Shown: positions 1-15,921 of the stretch, piece after piece
Layout of the letters: each line of letters starts with the position of its first letter
Position numbering within the stretch: position 1 is the first letter of the stretch
Origin: Octopus vulgaris
Taxonomy: Eukaryota
Direction: 5' to 3'
Assembly: GCA_951406725.2 (NCBI GenBank)
Contig: OX597830.1
Span: forward strand, 3,968,001-4,032,000
DNA: 64,000 nt
Made by a program: the position numbers and the translations under genes
The notes under the pieces: model-generated
Told to the model about the DNA's origin: nothing
The model's input: the letters and a program-made list of their open reading frames with translations, nothing else
The model's database searches: none

Positions 1-615
1 TTAGTTGCAGAAAAAAAAGACAAAACAGGAAATTTTAAAATTTACTGCAGAATATGGTGATGTGTTGATTTAAGGAGTTAATCACCTTTAAAAGATGCTT
101 GGTTTGGTGACAATTTGAGAAGGAAATTAGGAGATATCTATCTGAAAAATTAACTTTCGAATCATTAAACCAACAAAAGATTGTTTCTACCATTTCAGCT
201 CCACTTAATAAATACATGCTTGATAGTTGAATGTATTGAGATTGTACATCAAACTGGAATTGATCAAGACAGTTTCACTGCTCATTTTAATTCATTTGCA
301 TTGAGAAAAGCTTGACTTACATTAAAATGTTTTTTGTCATTTTTTTTTTGGAGGGGGGTAAACTTCTGAACACAGCTAATTACTTTCATATGCTATCTTT
401 TTTGAATTCTCAGCAAAGGAGAATAAAAAGCTGTAACTAGCAGATTTTACTTAAAAGAAACAAAACAAAAAAAACAAACTAATTAAGTTCTTGAAATACA
501 TCTTATAAAAGGAATGGGCTGTTCTTTCACAAGTCTCAAGGAAAAACTTATTGCATAAACTACGATCATTTTCAGAATTTTATTTTTACTCATGAATAAC
601 TACTCATCATCATCA

Positions 616-653
<38 letters not shown>

Positions 654-1520
654 GCAGTACATTAACACTTGAAGAAGAAAAATCGAAGGAAAACATCATT
701 TACCTCATTCTTGTTTAACCCTGTTCTAAATGTAGCTATTTTCATTCATTTTCTTTAATGAATTTAATAACTTTTTTTTAATTAATGTTTGAAAAAAATG
801 TTTTTTCTTTCAATCATTAAGTGAAAATAATATATATTTTTTCTTCCTTTCCAGTAAAACAAACTGCATTTGTTTTATTTCTATATATTATGTCTTATTT
901 ATTTTGGTGAACTGAGATGTTATTTCCCATAATTTAAGGCTTCTGTAAAATGTGTATGATAAAATTAGATTGGAAACAAACTAAATTCTCAATAGAGCAG
1001 TTGCATTTTCACATTTGGCATGAAGATATATCACTTAGAAGTGACACTGCAAAAAATAAAAGAAAGAAAAGCAACCATTTTGATTTTTTTTAATACAGAA
1101 ACTGTCACTGAGACATAACTTATCCTGGCACTAAGTTTGAATTAGTGTTATCATGCAAGAAATACTTAGAAAGAAAGTGTCTATCCTAAAGCATTGGTAT
1201 ATGTGTGTATGTGTATGTGTAGACAATCTCTAGCCATCCATATATCCATCTATATATCTCTCTAACTATCTATCCATCCACCTATCAATTCCTCTGTCTA
1301 TAAAGTAACCCATCCATCTATCCATCCATCTATTTCTACATGCATATACCTATCCAGCTATTAAGCCCATCGATCTAATTGTACCTCCATGTCTTTCCAT
1401 TTCACATTATTTTTGTAAAATCATGAAATTTTGAGATAGATTAAATAAATGGAAAAGATTCATCTTACAGATTTCAAGTGTATGTATATCTGTAAATATG
1501 TTTGTATATATATATATATA

Positions 1521-1891
1521 TGACACGTAAAAGCACCATCAGTTCGTGGCCGTTTGCCAGCTCTGTCTGGCCCCTGTGCCGGTGACATGTAAAAGCACCA
1601 TCCGTTCATGGCCGTTTGCCAGCCCTGTCTGGCCCCCATGTCGGTGACATGTAAAAGCACCATCTGTTCGTGTCCGTTGCCAGCCTCGCCTGGCCCCCGT
1701 GCCGGTGACACGTAAAAGCACCATCCATTTCGTGGCCGTTTCCCAGCTCTGTCTGGCCCCCGTCTTGGTGGCACGTAAAAGCACCATCCGTTCGTGTCCG
1801 TTGCCAGCCTCGCCTGGCCCCGTGCCGGTGACATGTAAAAGCAACCTTCCGTTCGTGGCCATTTGCCAGCTCTGTCTGGCACCTGTGTGGG
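1521..1891 (+). repeat. Minisatellite, 6 units of ~60-63 bp (TGACACGTAAAAGCACCATC...GG) inside a retroelement 3' region
   Basis: Units start at 1521, 1583, 1645, 1706, 1769, 1829; a partial 7th unit runs into the 3' tail. Confidence 0.95.
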
Positions 1892-2070
1892 TGGCACGTA
1901 AAAAGCACCCACCACACTCACGGAGTGGTTGGCGTTAGGAAGGGCAAACAGCCGTAGAAACACTGCCAGATCTGACTGGGCCTGATGAAGCCTTCCAGCT
2001 TCACAGACCCCAGTTGAACCGTCCAACCCATGCTAGCATGGAGAACGGACGCTAAATGATGATGATGATG
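1892..2070 (+). mobile_element. 3' end of RTE-type LINE/SINE with (GAT)n tail
   Basis: GAGTGGTTGGCGTTAGGAAGGGCA...CCAACCCATGCTAGCATGG...(GAT)n; homologous segments recur at 4711, 18770, 26075, 36242, 51700, 61300. Confidence 0.8.
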
Positions 2071-4710
<2,640 letters not shown>

Positions 4711-4712
<2 letters not shown>

Positions 4713-4871
4713 TCGTCGTTTAATGTCTGCTTTCCATGCTTGCATGAGTTGGACAGTTTGACTGATGAATGGCAAACCAGAAGGCTGCAAAAGACACAAA
4801 TCTGATCTGGTAAGGTTTCTGCAGTTGGATGCCCTTCCTAATACCAACAACTCCGAGAGTGTAGTGGGTGC

Positions 4872-4876
<5 letters not shown>
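4711..4876 (-). mobile_element. Inverted copy of the (GAT)n-tailed RTE-type 3' end
   Basis: CATCGTCGTTTAATGTCTGCTTTCCATGC...GGATGCCCTTCCTAATACCAAC...GGGTGCTTTT is the reverse complement of the 1892-2070 family. Confidence 0.8.
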
Positions 4877-4918
<42 letters not shown>

Positions 4919-5258
4919 GTTTATAAAATAGATCATGATTTGAGTGAATTTGGTACTTCGATGGTAAGGCAATAGGTCAGGTTGAAAAATAAAATGTGTA
5001 AACACAGCACTGGTCATAGAATTATGAAGCGCTACAAACTGTTGGCTTTGGGTGTTTTTTAATGTTTGGCTTCATGTTCTGACATGATAAAAACAATGTT
5101 TTCTAATGATCCAATCTCTTCATTAATCAATTATAAACCTGTTGGAAACAGCTGTAGTGGATTGACACAGTATCTATCTATTGTTTTATATATATATACA
5201 CATACATACACACACACATAAAAATATGTATGTTTGTATATACATGTGTATATAGTGA

Positions 5259-5293
<35 letters not shown>

Positions 5294-5353
5294 TGTGTAG
5301 ATATGTATGTGTATATACTTTTATATATACATATCTATCTATCTATCTATCTA

Positions 5354-5415
<62 letters not shown>

Positions 5416-5884
5416 CAAAAACCTAAAGAAACATGTAACAAGAACCAAATTCTCATCAGAAACTAAAACTGAATTCTTTGTAAAAGAGTGCGGAGATGGT
5501 AGATATGGGATCTGCAGTAACCCTACCAACAAAATATAGGGAGACAAATAAATGGAATTTAAAAGCGGTCACATATTCAAAATAAATGCAGATATGAACT
5601 GCAAGATGCAGAACATAATAATATACTGCATAACCTGCCCCACGTGCAAGGAGGATTACATAGGTGAAACTGGAAATTCTTTGTGCTAACGAGCCAGGAT
5701 TCACTGACAACATGTTCGGCAGGAAGAACTGCACAAGCTACCACTGAGTAAACACCTAGCTACATGTGGAGAAGGAAAATTTAAGATCTTTCCCTTCTAC
5801 AAATGTCCGAAGAGCGACACCTCTTTCAGGCGGAATATGGAAAAATATTTCATAACTAAGTTCTCCCCCAAATTGAATGGCTGA
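5416..5884 (+). mobile_element. Penelope-like element remnant, GIY-YIG endonuclease C-terminus (stops, one frameshift)
   Basis: Translates NLKKHVTRTKF...CGDGRYGIC...NCKMQNII(Y)CITCPTCKEDYIGETGNSL..R..H...MEKYFITKFSPKLNG*. Confidence 0.85.
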
Positions 5885-5943
5885 AAATATCTCTATAATA
5901 AGCTGTACCAGATGAAGGACCAAAATTGCTAAGTAAACTGTAT

Positions 5944-5984
<41 letters not shown>

Positions 5985-6792
5985 ACACACACACACAGTC
6001 CTACACATATGCTTTGGTTTTTGAAAATACAACATTGAACAAAGGCTATCCTAATATTTGAATGAAACCATTTCACTTTAACTTGTGGAACCAGTTGCTC
6101 CTGTATGATAAAACTTAACATTTATTTAACTGTCAATCAGTGAGATATTAGACTAAATCAATTGAAGATCAGACAACAGATTCAGTTGTTGTCAATTTGT
6201 ATTCTATCATTTGTAAATTGAACAGAAGAGAGTCTCTTTTTCAAGTATGGGCTTTATGAAATTTTACTCATCATACATTGAAGGACAAATCTTTCACTTT
6301 ACAATTTGATATAGTGGAACATTTAGTATATATATATATATATATATATACTTATATATATATATATAGTGGTAGTAATATCAACACAATTATTTCTTCT
6401 TCCTCTTTTTCTTCTTTCTTCCGTTCTCCAACGACACCCCTTCCAGATTCACAGGCACCCACACACATGCACACACACACACACATGCTCTCTCTCTCTC
6501 ACTTTCTCCCCATTCCTCACCCTCTTGTGCTATCTTATATCCCTCCCCACCACTACACACTCAATAACACTATAAAATGGTAAAAACTTTTTCACAGGAA
6601 CTTAGTTCGATTTGAAAACCCCGCTAGAATGGGAGAATGTGCTAATATATGATATAAGTTGATGTATAAAAACATTATATACAAATAAATATCTGTAAAT
6701 ATAAAACCAACCGAATTTCTGAGTACTTCATTTGTTCTAATATAAAATACCTGTACATCATCTCCAAACCTTCTAACACACACACACACACA

Positions 6793-6862
<70 letters not shown>

Positions 6863-7154
6863 AGAGAGACAGACAAATAGAAGGGAACATGATTGAACTG
6901 ATACAGGACTGAAGGACCATTTGTACTGAGGACTCTTAGTACATTGTCATGAGATGAAGAGTACCCAGTTACTCCTGTGAGGTGGTAATAGGAAAGGCAT
7001 CATGCCATAATAGCATGCCTCAGAAGAGCATAAGAAATTATGGCATACACAAGACCAGAGACTGACAGTGTGCCAAATAATGAAAGTCTGTAGGGGACAC
7101 ACCCAACTCATGTCAGAGTTTTAACAGGACATAAAATGACAATGATGGTCTGAT

Positions 7155-7199
<45 letters not shown>

Positions 7200-7210
7200 T
7201 ATATATGACG

Positions 7211-8098
7211 GAGGGTAATCCCAAAATTTAGGTCTCCAAAATTATTTAGAAATCACAGAAATATTTATTGGCAATGATGTTTACATCATTTTAACATTTG
7301 AACATTTATCTATTTTTTTTAAATAATTGCCATTTCGGTCAATGCATTTTTGTAGGCGCTGGGGCAGTTTTTGTATGCCCATGTCACAGCAGCTCACTAC
7401 CATGTTGTTGAGGAAGCGTTGATCTTCATCTTTCACCTCATCGTCATTGCTGAAACGCATTCTGGCCACATGTTCTTTCAATTTAAGGAACAGGTGATAG
7501 TCACTGGGTGCCAAGTCCGGACTGTAAGGTGGGTTGCTGTTTATGGTCACCTGTGAGCATTCTTGGGATCCATCTTGGGCACACCTTCTGATATTGCATC
7601 TTTTCACTCAAAACCCTATGAATGTTGCTTTGGGAAACTTCAGGAACCAAAATATGGAGATCATCCAAAGTGATCTGCCGATTTTCATGGAGGATTTGCT
7701 TAACCTTCGCAACTGTCTCACCAGAAATTGATGATCACTCGCTTCTTTCCTCGTCATTAATTTCAGTATGACCAGCTGCAAACTCCCTACACTACTTGCG
7801 AACGTTTTTGACATCCATGCCTCACTCGCCATACACTTCCATTAATCGGTGATGAATTTCAATCAGTTTAATGCCTTTTGTGTTCAAAAACTAAATAATT
7901 GCGTGAAGTTCACACTTGGGGATAGCATCAAATGGAAGCTCCATCAGATATGACTGCCAAGCCAAGATTGAGCGTGGCAGCAAGGCATGCACAGGGACAG
8001 GTGCATGTGCAACAGGCACAACAGTGTTGCCAATAGATGCATGCACAGTTTCCACGTGACCCCAGTGCTTTGGAGACTTTACTTTGGGGATTACCCTC
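7211..8098 (-). mobile_element. Internally deleted mariner transposon with ~30 bp TIRs
   Basis: TIRs 7211-7240 (GAGGGTAATCCCAAAATTTAGGTCTCCAAA) and 8069-8098; minus-strand PPYSPDLAPSDYHLFLKLKEH...RFSNDDEVK...KCIDRNGNY; inserted in TA repeats. Confidence 0.93.
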
Positions 8099-8101
8099 AT
8101 A

Positions 8102-8149
<48 letters not shown>

Positions 8150-11100
8150 GGCAATCCCAAAAGTAAGGAAAGGAAAAGTTGTAGGTGTAGACGAACTTTA
8201 ATTCATAATCCAAGTTGGTACAGAACCGATATACATTCTACAAATTGTTTCAGAGTCTAATTAATTCCAAAGACAAAAACAAAAAACTCTTCGGGAAATA
8301 AAAATTAGATTCTTCGAGAGGAATTACATACTGGTGTGAATAATTACAACCAACAAAAATATACATAGACCTTTCATTGCCTAGACAGGGATGAACATAT
8401 ATATATATATATATATATATGCACATATACATGCACATAGACACATGTGCATCTATGTGTATATATTTGTGTAGAAGAAGAGTAATATCACTCACATGGA
8501 ATCTTCTACTGAAATATTCCTGTCATTTTTGCAGATCTTCCATTTTTCTCTTCCTTGTGCAATAAGTTGTTTTAGTTTTGTAGCTGGTGCAGTTATTCAC
8601 ATTACGGAACATATATTTTCAGAGAAAGCCAAAGAGCTACCTCATATAATAATTTCTACATGGTTATTATCATTCTTTAGAGAAGCAACTAATGGAAAAC
8701 AAAGATTCATTTCTGAAAGCAACTTCTATTTTACCATTCCTCTATGTGACAGTTTTCTCTGCATGTTTAGCATTAAAAAAGCATTTTGAGAAAAATCTTC
8801 TATTTTTAGTGAAATGATAGTTCTCCTAAGGCAAATTTTGTTGAAATTCTTCTACAGTTTTTAAATAATAACTGCTGTGTTTTGTTTGAAGTATAATTAA
8901 ATATAATTCATATAATTTATTTGTTTCAAATAGTCATGAGATGAATTCTTCTAACACTACACTTGCACCCTAAAATATTTCTCAAATTCTTATGCTACTT
9001 CATAGCACTGAATTCTTCTTTTTTTTTTTTTGAAAAGATCTTTAAACTTATCTCTTATCCACTTCAAAGGCTGAGTGTATTTGTGTTTATCCGCCTGTAT
9101 ATCTGTCTGTTTACCTATTTTTATATCTGCCAATTGGTCTGTCTGTCTGTCTGTTTGCCTCTATCCGTATGTCTATCTGTCTATATATAGTTAACTGTCT
9201 GTCCATCTACCTACCTCTCTGTGTGTCTAGCTATCTGACTATCTGTCTATCAACTTGATTCGCTAATATATCAATATCTAAAATTCTTTCAACTATCAAA
9301 ATGCTTACAGAGATGTTTTTACCTGCTACTTAAAAATATATGGTGTTGGGGGAATGTTAAAATTCTTTTGTTGTCATAAAATTATAATGGTTTGGTTGGA
9401 AAGAACTATGAAATTTAGAAGTTTGAAGTATTTTCTGTGAAAAAATATAGAAAAGTGAAAATTAAAAAACCAATTTCGAATGTATTTCCTGTCTAATGCT
9501 TGTACAATAAACCAAAACTAATGTAAAATGTTTTACCTCTAAACTCATTGAGTTAAACAGTAAAAAAGATTGTGTCTAATGTAAAAACAAATGAAATCCA
9601 AAAGTTAACACAATAAAGTGTGTCTATGATACTTTGAAAACAGTACACATGAAAGCATTTGGATTGTATAATGCAATGGATATGAGAAAATAGGATAAAC
9701 AATATAATAAATTATTGCAAGTTTTACTTCATAGAAACCAAATGTAAACATGGAATATATCAGAATATGCCGTGTCAAAGATATTGGAATTTGATTAAGT
9801 TGGTTTGGATTTTTGGTCCATATTTTTCCTATTTCTTTTTAAAGCTAAATTAATTTTTACACAAGAAATGATAGTTTGTCAATGTTATTAACAATTTTGC
9901 GAAGGGAATAAGTTTATATGTTCTCAATAAAATCTTTGCCATTATAAGTTGTTGCCTTTAAGGGAATTAATACTGAATGTTTATGCATGTATACAAATGT
10001 GCCTGTGTGTGTGTGTGTGTGTGCATGCATGTGTGTGTGTGTTTACATGCATAAACTTGCTTTGAGAGATTCCTATTAATGTCTAGCTTTTTGTTTATGT
10101 TGAAGTCCATTTGGAAAATTTCCTTCTTAACGATATAGACCCAATAAAGACAGAATTTAATTAACTGAGTATGGATTATTATTCATGGACAGCAGACACA
10201 TTTTAGAGTTGGATGACTTCCAATATATTGTGTAAAATGCCTGAATCAAGAAGCAATTAGTCTGTGACAGGAACCACTGGCAGCCAATCCAAGCACATAC
10301 AAAATTGAAATTGAGTTGCTTCTCCAACATCAAATCACTTATTTGAACCAATCATTTTAGTTTAATCTATTGATAAAGATGGCAAATTTTCTTGCCTAAA
10401 AGATCAGTTTCTGGAATTCTAATAACTTGGACATCAAACTTGTTTCCAGCAAAATATAAAACTAAATAAGTAAATTCTTTTTCTGTTGCCATGCCCAGCA
10501 TTTAAATTCAGTTGTGAGTTAATGATCTTGAGAAAATCTATAAGTTGTATAAACTTAACTTCTAGAATATTATAAAAATGGTGTAGATACAATTTGAAAG
10601 AACTTATTCTGTGAGTCCTTTATTAACCAAAGATTTAAGGAATAAATCCTGAGTAATAAAAAATTTAAAGATCAAAGCAATCATTCCTTATTTCTAAATT
10701 TATGATAATCAAGAATTTTTTTCTTCTATCAAAGAAAAAGATATAAAATTGCTGTTTGTGTAAGGTTATTATTTTAAAGCTTCTTCAAGAATAACATCAG
10801 AATACTTACTGATGAAGTGACTTATTGCTGAGAGTTGAATCACATTTATTGTGAAACATCTGTCAAATGCAAGTCTTTAGTTTCACTTTTTTAGGTGAAA
10901 CTTAGTCAACACAAACAGTACAATAAAATTTCTGTTATGAATTCTTCATGAAATGCCATCACTGGTTGAATATCATGGAGCACCATTTTGATCTTTCCTC
11001 TACATTGCATGTATTACATCTATTTTTTTCCTCTTATCCATCCATATAATTCTTAGTTCTCTCCTCATCATCTTTTCCAATTCACCTACAATTAACAGTT

Positions 11101-11289
11101 TTCACAATCCAGCCTTCTGTCTTTGATGGTGTCAAATAAAATTTAATTTTTGCCACTCTTCACACTTCATCATTGGTTTATTTTTGTTCTCCCATCAGAT
11201 CATCAAACACAACTCTATTCATATCTTCTAATCTATTTGATTATAATTTTATTTATGTTTCAATCTCTAATATAGTTGAGTAGAACATA

Positions 11290-11520
11290 TACAACCCTTT
11301 CATAATCATTCGTTTTTTTTATCTGGCTTTGATATTACTTCTTAACTATGAGGTACAGTAATATCTACATGCCTCATAGAAATAACTATGTGGTACATAC
11401 TGATGGGTTATGTGGGAAATATTCATGGATTATGTGGTAATTACAAATATATTTTTCAAAGTGATTAATTTCAAAGCAGAAATATAATATCAGAACACAA
11501 GTTTGTAAAAAGACCTTTTT
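11290..11520 (+). pseudogene. Possible decayed von Willebrand factor type D (VWD) domain fragment
   Basis: YVGNIHGLCGNY(KYIFQSD*F) with GLCGNY at 11427-11444; preceded by NIYM..NNY in a shifted frame. Confidence 0.4.
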
Positions 11521-12377
11521 GAACAGTTCCTTATACCAATTTAGTTACAAAAAGCCAATAGATTGATTTAATCTGACATGATAATTCTGTTTATTTAACT
11601 AGAAGGGCTTTTAAGTATTTCTGTCATCATGAAGAGATTACAGCTAATGTTCTGTATTGGCATCAGTTGAATGTGTATCTCTTACATCAAAATCTATCTT
11701 CAGTAACTGATGCTTCTACATTTAAACATCTATCAACATAAATCCAGCTGTTAATTTCATGAACAATTGAAAGTAAAGAAACTCCAAAAGAAAACAGATG
11801 CTTTATAAGGATTCGACCGTTTGTAAAATCGTAATTAAGATTGCCATATTAAAATCTTCTGGCTTCTTTCTGCAATATATTTACTTTGCTCAAAGAGATG
11901 TAGGTCACTAACATGAAGAAAAGGAAAGCATGTTTTATAGAATATCTTTGAAATATAACCTGTAAACTTTTTAAATGTTATAATGTGGCCAATATTACAC
12001 CATGAATGTTTTTGTTTTTACTTAACTAGAAGAAATAGCTGTAAAATAGTTTCCATATAATTTATAAAATATTTTGTCATCAGTGAATGACTGACTGTGG
12101 ATGGCATCACTGAGCTGATCTTTAAAGTGTGAGATTGGTCAGTGATTCTATACGAAAATGATGGGGGGGGGGGGCTCTTTCCAAATCTATAATGAAAGAA
12201 TGATGTTCGACTCAAATTTTAGCTGCATAAACTGTTGGAAGTCAGATAAGACCATCACACCACCTTAATCATTCTACTCTGCAGTTTATATCAGGGATGA
12301 CCATTCAAATTTTACTAAATATATATAAAAAAAAAAGAAACAAAAAACCCAATTACGTAAAGTGCAAAACATTACTA

Positions 12378-13090
12378 ACTAGAAAAGCACAGACCTCTGC
12401 CAAGCTGCTCATTTCCACCCATATACGTGCATGCTGAAAGTCGCCCAATTTCCCAAACCATCGCTGGCAAAAACATAACCAATTGAGGTGAAACAGTTCT
12501 GTCATAGTGTTGTGATATGACATGAACATTTCTGTAGTAGACAGATGGCACGGGGGCGAAGGGGGGGGCAAGCCTCGGACGAATTCTAAAGATGGACAAT
12601 GTTGATGGAATATTTTCCACATTATACAGATGATATAGAGCTCACAGAGGCGGTGGAGGGAGCAAAGCCTGAGATTTTTGAGTCGATCCCAATAGTCAAG
12701 GCTTGTCATGTCGTCCTCTGCAGACTTCTGCCAAGCAGCTCATTTTAAGATAGATACGCGAGTAAAATTAATAGAGAAACGAAAATAAACTTTGGAAACA
12801 GCAACACCACCATAGGTTAAGTGGAAACGATGAACGTGTTTTCAAGGGAAATAATCAAAGAGCGTAACATTGTAATACTTCATGTAAATACAACAAATGA
12901 AAAATCCTTCAAGAATCCATAAAAATTCTTGGATCACTACCAAAATTTCATCATCTATTTCTTTTGTCATTACCAACTTTTCCTGCAAGTTTCATCAAAT
13001 ACTGTTCACAACGTTTTGAATTATTTTGCATACAGATGGACAGACAAACCAACGCCAATGAAAACATAACCTCTCCCTTGGCAGAGGTCA
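12378..13090 (+). mobile_element. Non-autonomous Helentron/DINE-like element
   Basis: Sub-terminal inverted repeat ACCTCTGCCAAG (12393-12404) / CTTGGCAGAGGT (13077-13088), terminal hairpin ACCTCT..AGAGGT, ACAG-type microsatellite near the 3' end. Confidence 0.55.
12470..12720 (-). mobile_element. CR1/L2-group LINE ORF2 C-terminal fragment
   Basis: LDYWDRLKNLRLCSLHRLCELYIICIMWKIF resembles the L.YWERL..L.LYSLQRRRERY.II..WKI motif. Confidence 0.75.
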
Positions 13091-14445
13091 TGAATGTACA
13101 ATACTTTGAAACTTAGAAGAAGTTCTTCTCTTGAAATAAATTTCAACTAACTTATATTTGAAAATTTTTCATGGATTGTTCAGTCCTTAATTCTTCAAGA
13201 ATTCTCTTCAACCCACTATCTCCAAAAATATTTTCCTCTAAATTCAGATAAAATGCATTTTATCCTTTTAATATCTTGACTCTTAATGTGTATTTTTTTT
13301 CTAATAATTTCAAAAAAGGAAAAAATGATAATATTTTAAATAAGAAGTCCAATGTCTAAATTTAATTGACCCCGATGCTCTATAAGGCCTTGCTTGTATG
13401 GTTTCCAGTCATTAACCTGTTGTCATAACTTCCAAGTTAGTTTCTAATGAAACCAACTTGCAATTAGCATTTATTCACAGCTGTTTCCATTTCTCTCAGC
13501 TTAATAATATACCTTTGAGAATGCACAACAGCAATTTACCCCTTATCTAAAAATCTTCAGACAGCAATAGGAAACGTTTGCAGTGTACCCCCCTTGTTAT
13601 CCTTCTCCATTTCATTAATAAGCTGTGTCTGCAAAGGAAAGATGTCATATTTGTAAAAAGAATTTTTCTCACTACAAGATATGAGAAATTATCTACTTCA
13701 ATTATTTATTCACCAATGTGATATATCTACAAATACACATAGCTTCTCAGGATGACCAGTGACCACAGTAACAATCATGATAATAATTATGATGTGGTGG
13801 TTGTGGTGGTGGTGGTGGTGGTGGTGGTGACAGTGGCATAAAGTAACAATGGCAACATTATTTTACAGCCAAAGGAAATAAGAATTATTAGACTTTGCAA
13901 GACTGTCTGTGATAGCTCAAGTTTTATAAGTATATTGTTGTCTTGATGCAATATAAATAATAGGAAAAGAAACTGACAAAAGATGACCATCTTCACTTAT
14001 AATAATAATAATAATAATAATAATAGGAATAAATATTAAAGAAAAAGAAAATATGAATAAGACTTAATAAAGAAAAAAACAAAGAAGTTGCAGAGACGCT
14101 TTGTAGGATTTCATTATGAAAATGGTTTTCAATAAAAACTGCTTTTATTGAATTTCATGTTCTTTCTTAAGGAATTAAAATTTAGCTCTAGCAGCGCATC
14201 AGTCTAAGGTATTGAGTACAGCAAATGTTGAAATGAATTATGAATCCCTTGGAGCTGTAACATAAATCTATACATTAATAGAATCTATACGGTTAACTCA
14301 GAAGGGTCAACTTTTGATTCCTGTTACTTCGTTCCAAAGGGAAGACTTACAAGATGGTAAAATCATGCTTATTGGGAGAAATGGTAATTGGAGGAGTTCA
14401 GTTGATTTTATGACATTGTTACTCTCTTTATCTCTCTCTTCCTCG

Positions 14446-14483
<38 letters not shown>

Positions 14484-15699
14484 TGCCAATGCTACATATC
14501 CTTATCATAATTTTATGTCCCTTTTCCATTCGAGATTGGGCTAGACAAGCCATTGCAATTTGTGCCAATTCTTATTCAGAGGTGTGGCCCAGCCAGATGA
14601 GTCAGAGTCCCGTACCTTACTCACTGAAATCTGTTTTCAGCATGGTGTCTATGGCTGAATGCTTTTCCAAACATTAACCTTTTGCAGAATGCACTTGGTG
14701 CATTTTATCATGGCTGCAGCACTAGAGAAGGTGCCATGCCCTAAGGCCTGGCTTGTCTTCATGCTTTTACTAATCATTTTATTGAGTGTTTATATCAACA
14801 CTCAAACACACATACATGTGCGTGTGTGTGTGTGTAGCCAGCTGAACTAAATATATCCTATTTCTCTTCTTATCAACTTCACACCTGCCTCTCCTATGAA
14901 CTCCGTACAAATCACTTTTACCTTATCATCACCTCAGCTGGATCCTTACTTGAGCCCTTCACTTTTCAAGTCTCTCCTCCTTTCAAAACAACTACAGTTA
15001 TGCCTCTAATTTATCTAAAAGAGGCCAATGTAATAGAATAAACATTCTCCACTACATCATATCATTACATCTATTGTCATTCAACCCCATTTGGTCCTCT
15101 CAGTACTGAACCATATCTAATATGATTCGTCTTATCCAGCTATTGCTTTCTATCAACAAAAGTTTCGAAGTGAAATACAAATCCTTTGTATTTCAAATTT
15201 TTTAGTATTTAACACACAACATGCTCAGCTGATCAGTAATGTTGATTTCTTGTGGAGTCCCTATTTACTCATTCACGGAAGCCTTCTACAATTGTCCAGC
15301 TTTTATTGGTTCATTTCCGATAAATTAAACATATCTGGATTTGACACAAGTGCATCCATTCTATTTTAAATTGGTGTAACGGTTTTAATTTGAGGCACAA
15401 AGATCTCAAATTGTTGAAATGAGTGCCAGCAATTAAAATCAAATTAGTCTAATATTTAACTGATGTTTGGCTTATAAACTCTGACACAATGAAAAATAAA
15501 ATCAACTGTTGGGCAATTTGAAATCAGAAAGTAAAAGTATGGAAACTAAGTAAATATGGCAAATAATTTTTCTCACTTCTCAGCCAATTTTTGCCATCTA
15601 CTTATCTTTTTCAATTTGTGTGTATGAGTGTGTATATACATGTGTTTGTGTTGGTGGTGTCCAGCTGCATATCTGCCATGAACAATCAACAATGATTAA

Positions 15700-15921
15700 C
15701 CCTTTTGATACCAACCAGCCTGAAGCAGCCTCTAGTTTTGTAGTACAAATGTCTTGTTTTCAAAAGTTTTGAATTAAAATCTTCCACCAAACCTTAGTCA
15801 CAATTTATGTTTCTAACACTAGCTTAATGATAACGAAGTTATTTTACTAAATTCTTTGTTATATTTAAAATTAATTGAAAGAAACACAGAGCATCTCAAC
15901 AGAAATAGGGTAACAAAAGTG
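15700..15921. mobile_element. piggyBac-like MITE with TTAA target duplication
   Basis: TTAA|CCCTTTTGATACC ... GGTAACAAAAGTG|TTAA. Confidence 0.8.

Noticed and set aside
1521-1891. CRISPR-like periodicity
   Set aside because: No unique spacers, no cas genes, eukaryotic retroelement context
1981-2005. CTGATGA hammerhead core
   Set aside because: No stem II followed by GAAA
1460-2026. Overlapping 100-190 aa ORFs with repeated peptides
   Set aside because: Produced by the ~62-bp minisatellite in several frames
8491-8860. Possible exon ending at a minus-strand GTGAG; 97 aa plus-strand ORF
   Set aside because: No recognisable protein, multiple stops, no convincing acceptor
13400-13750. IGE*IIEVDNFSYL motif (PDZ-like or LINE-like)
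   Set aside because: Too short and ambiguous to assign
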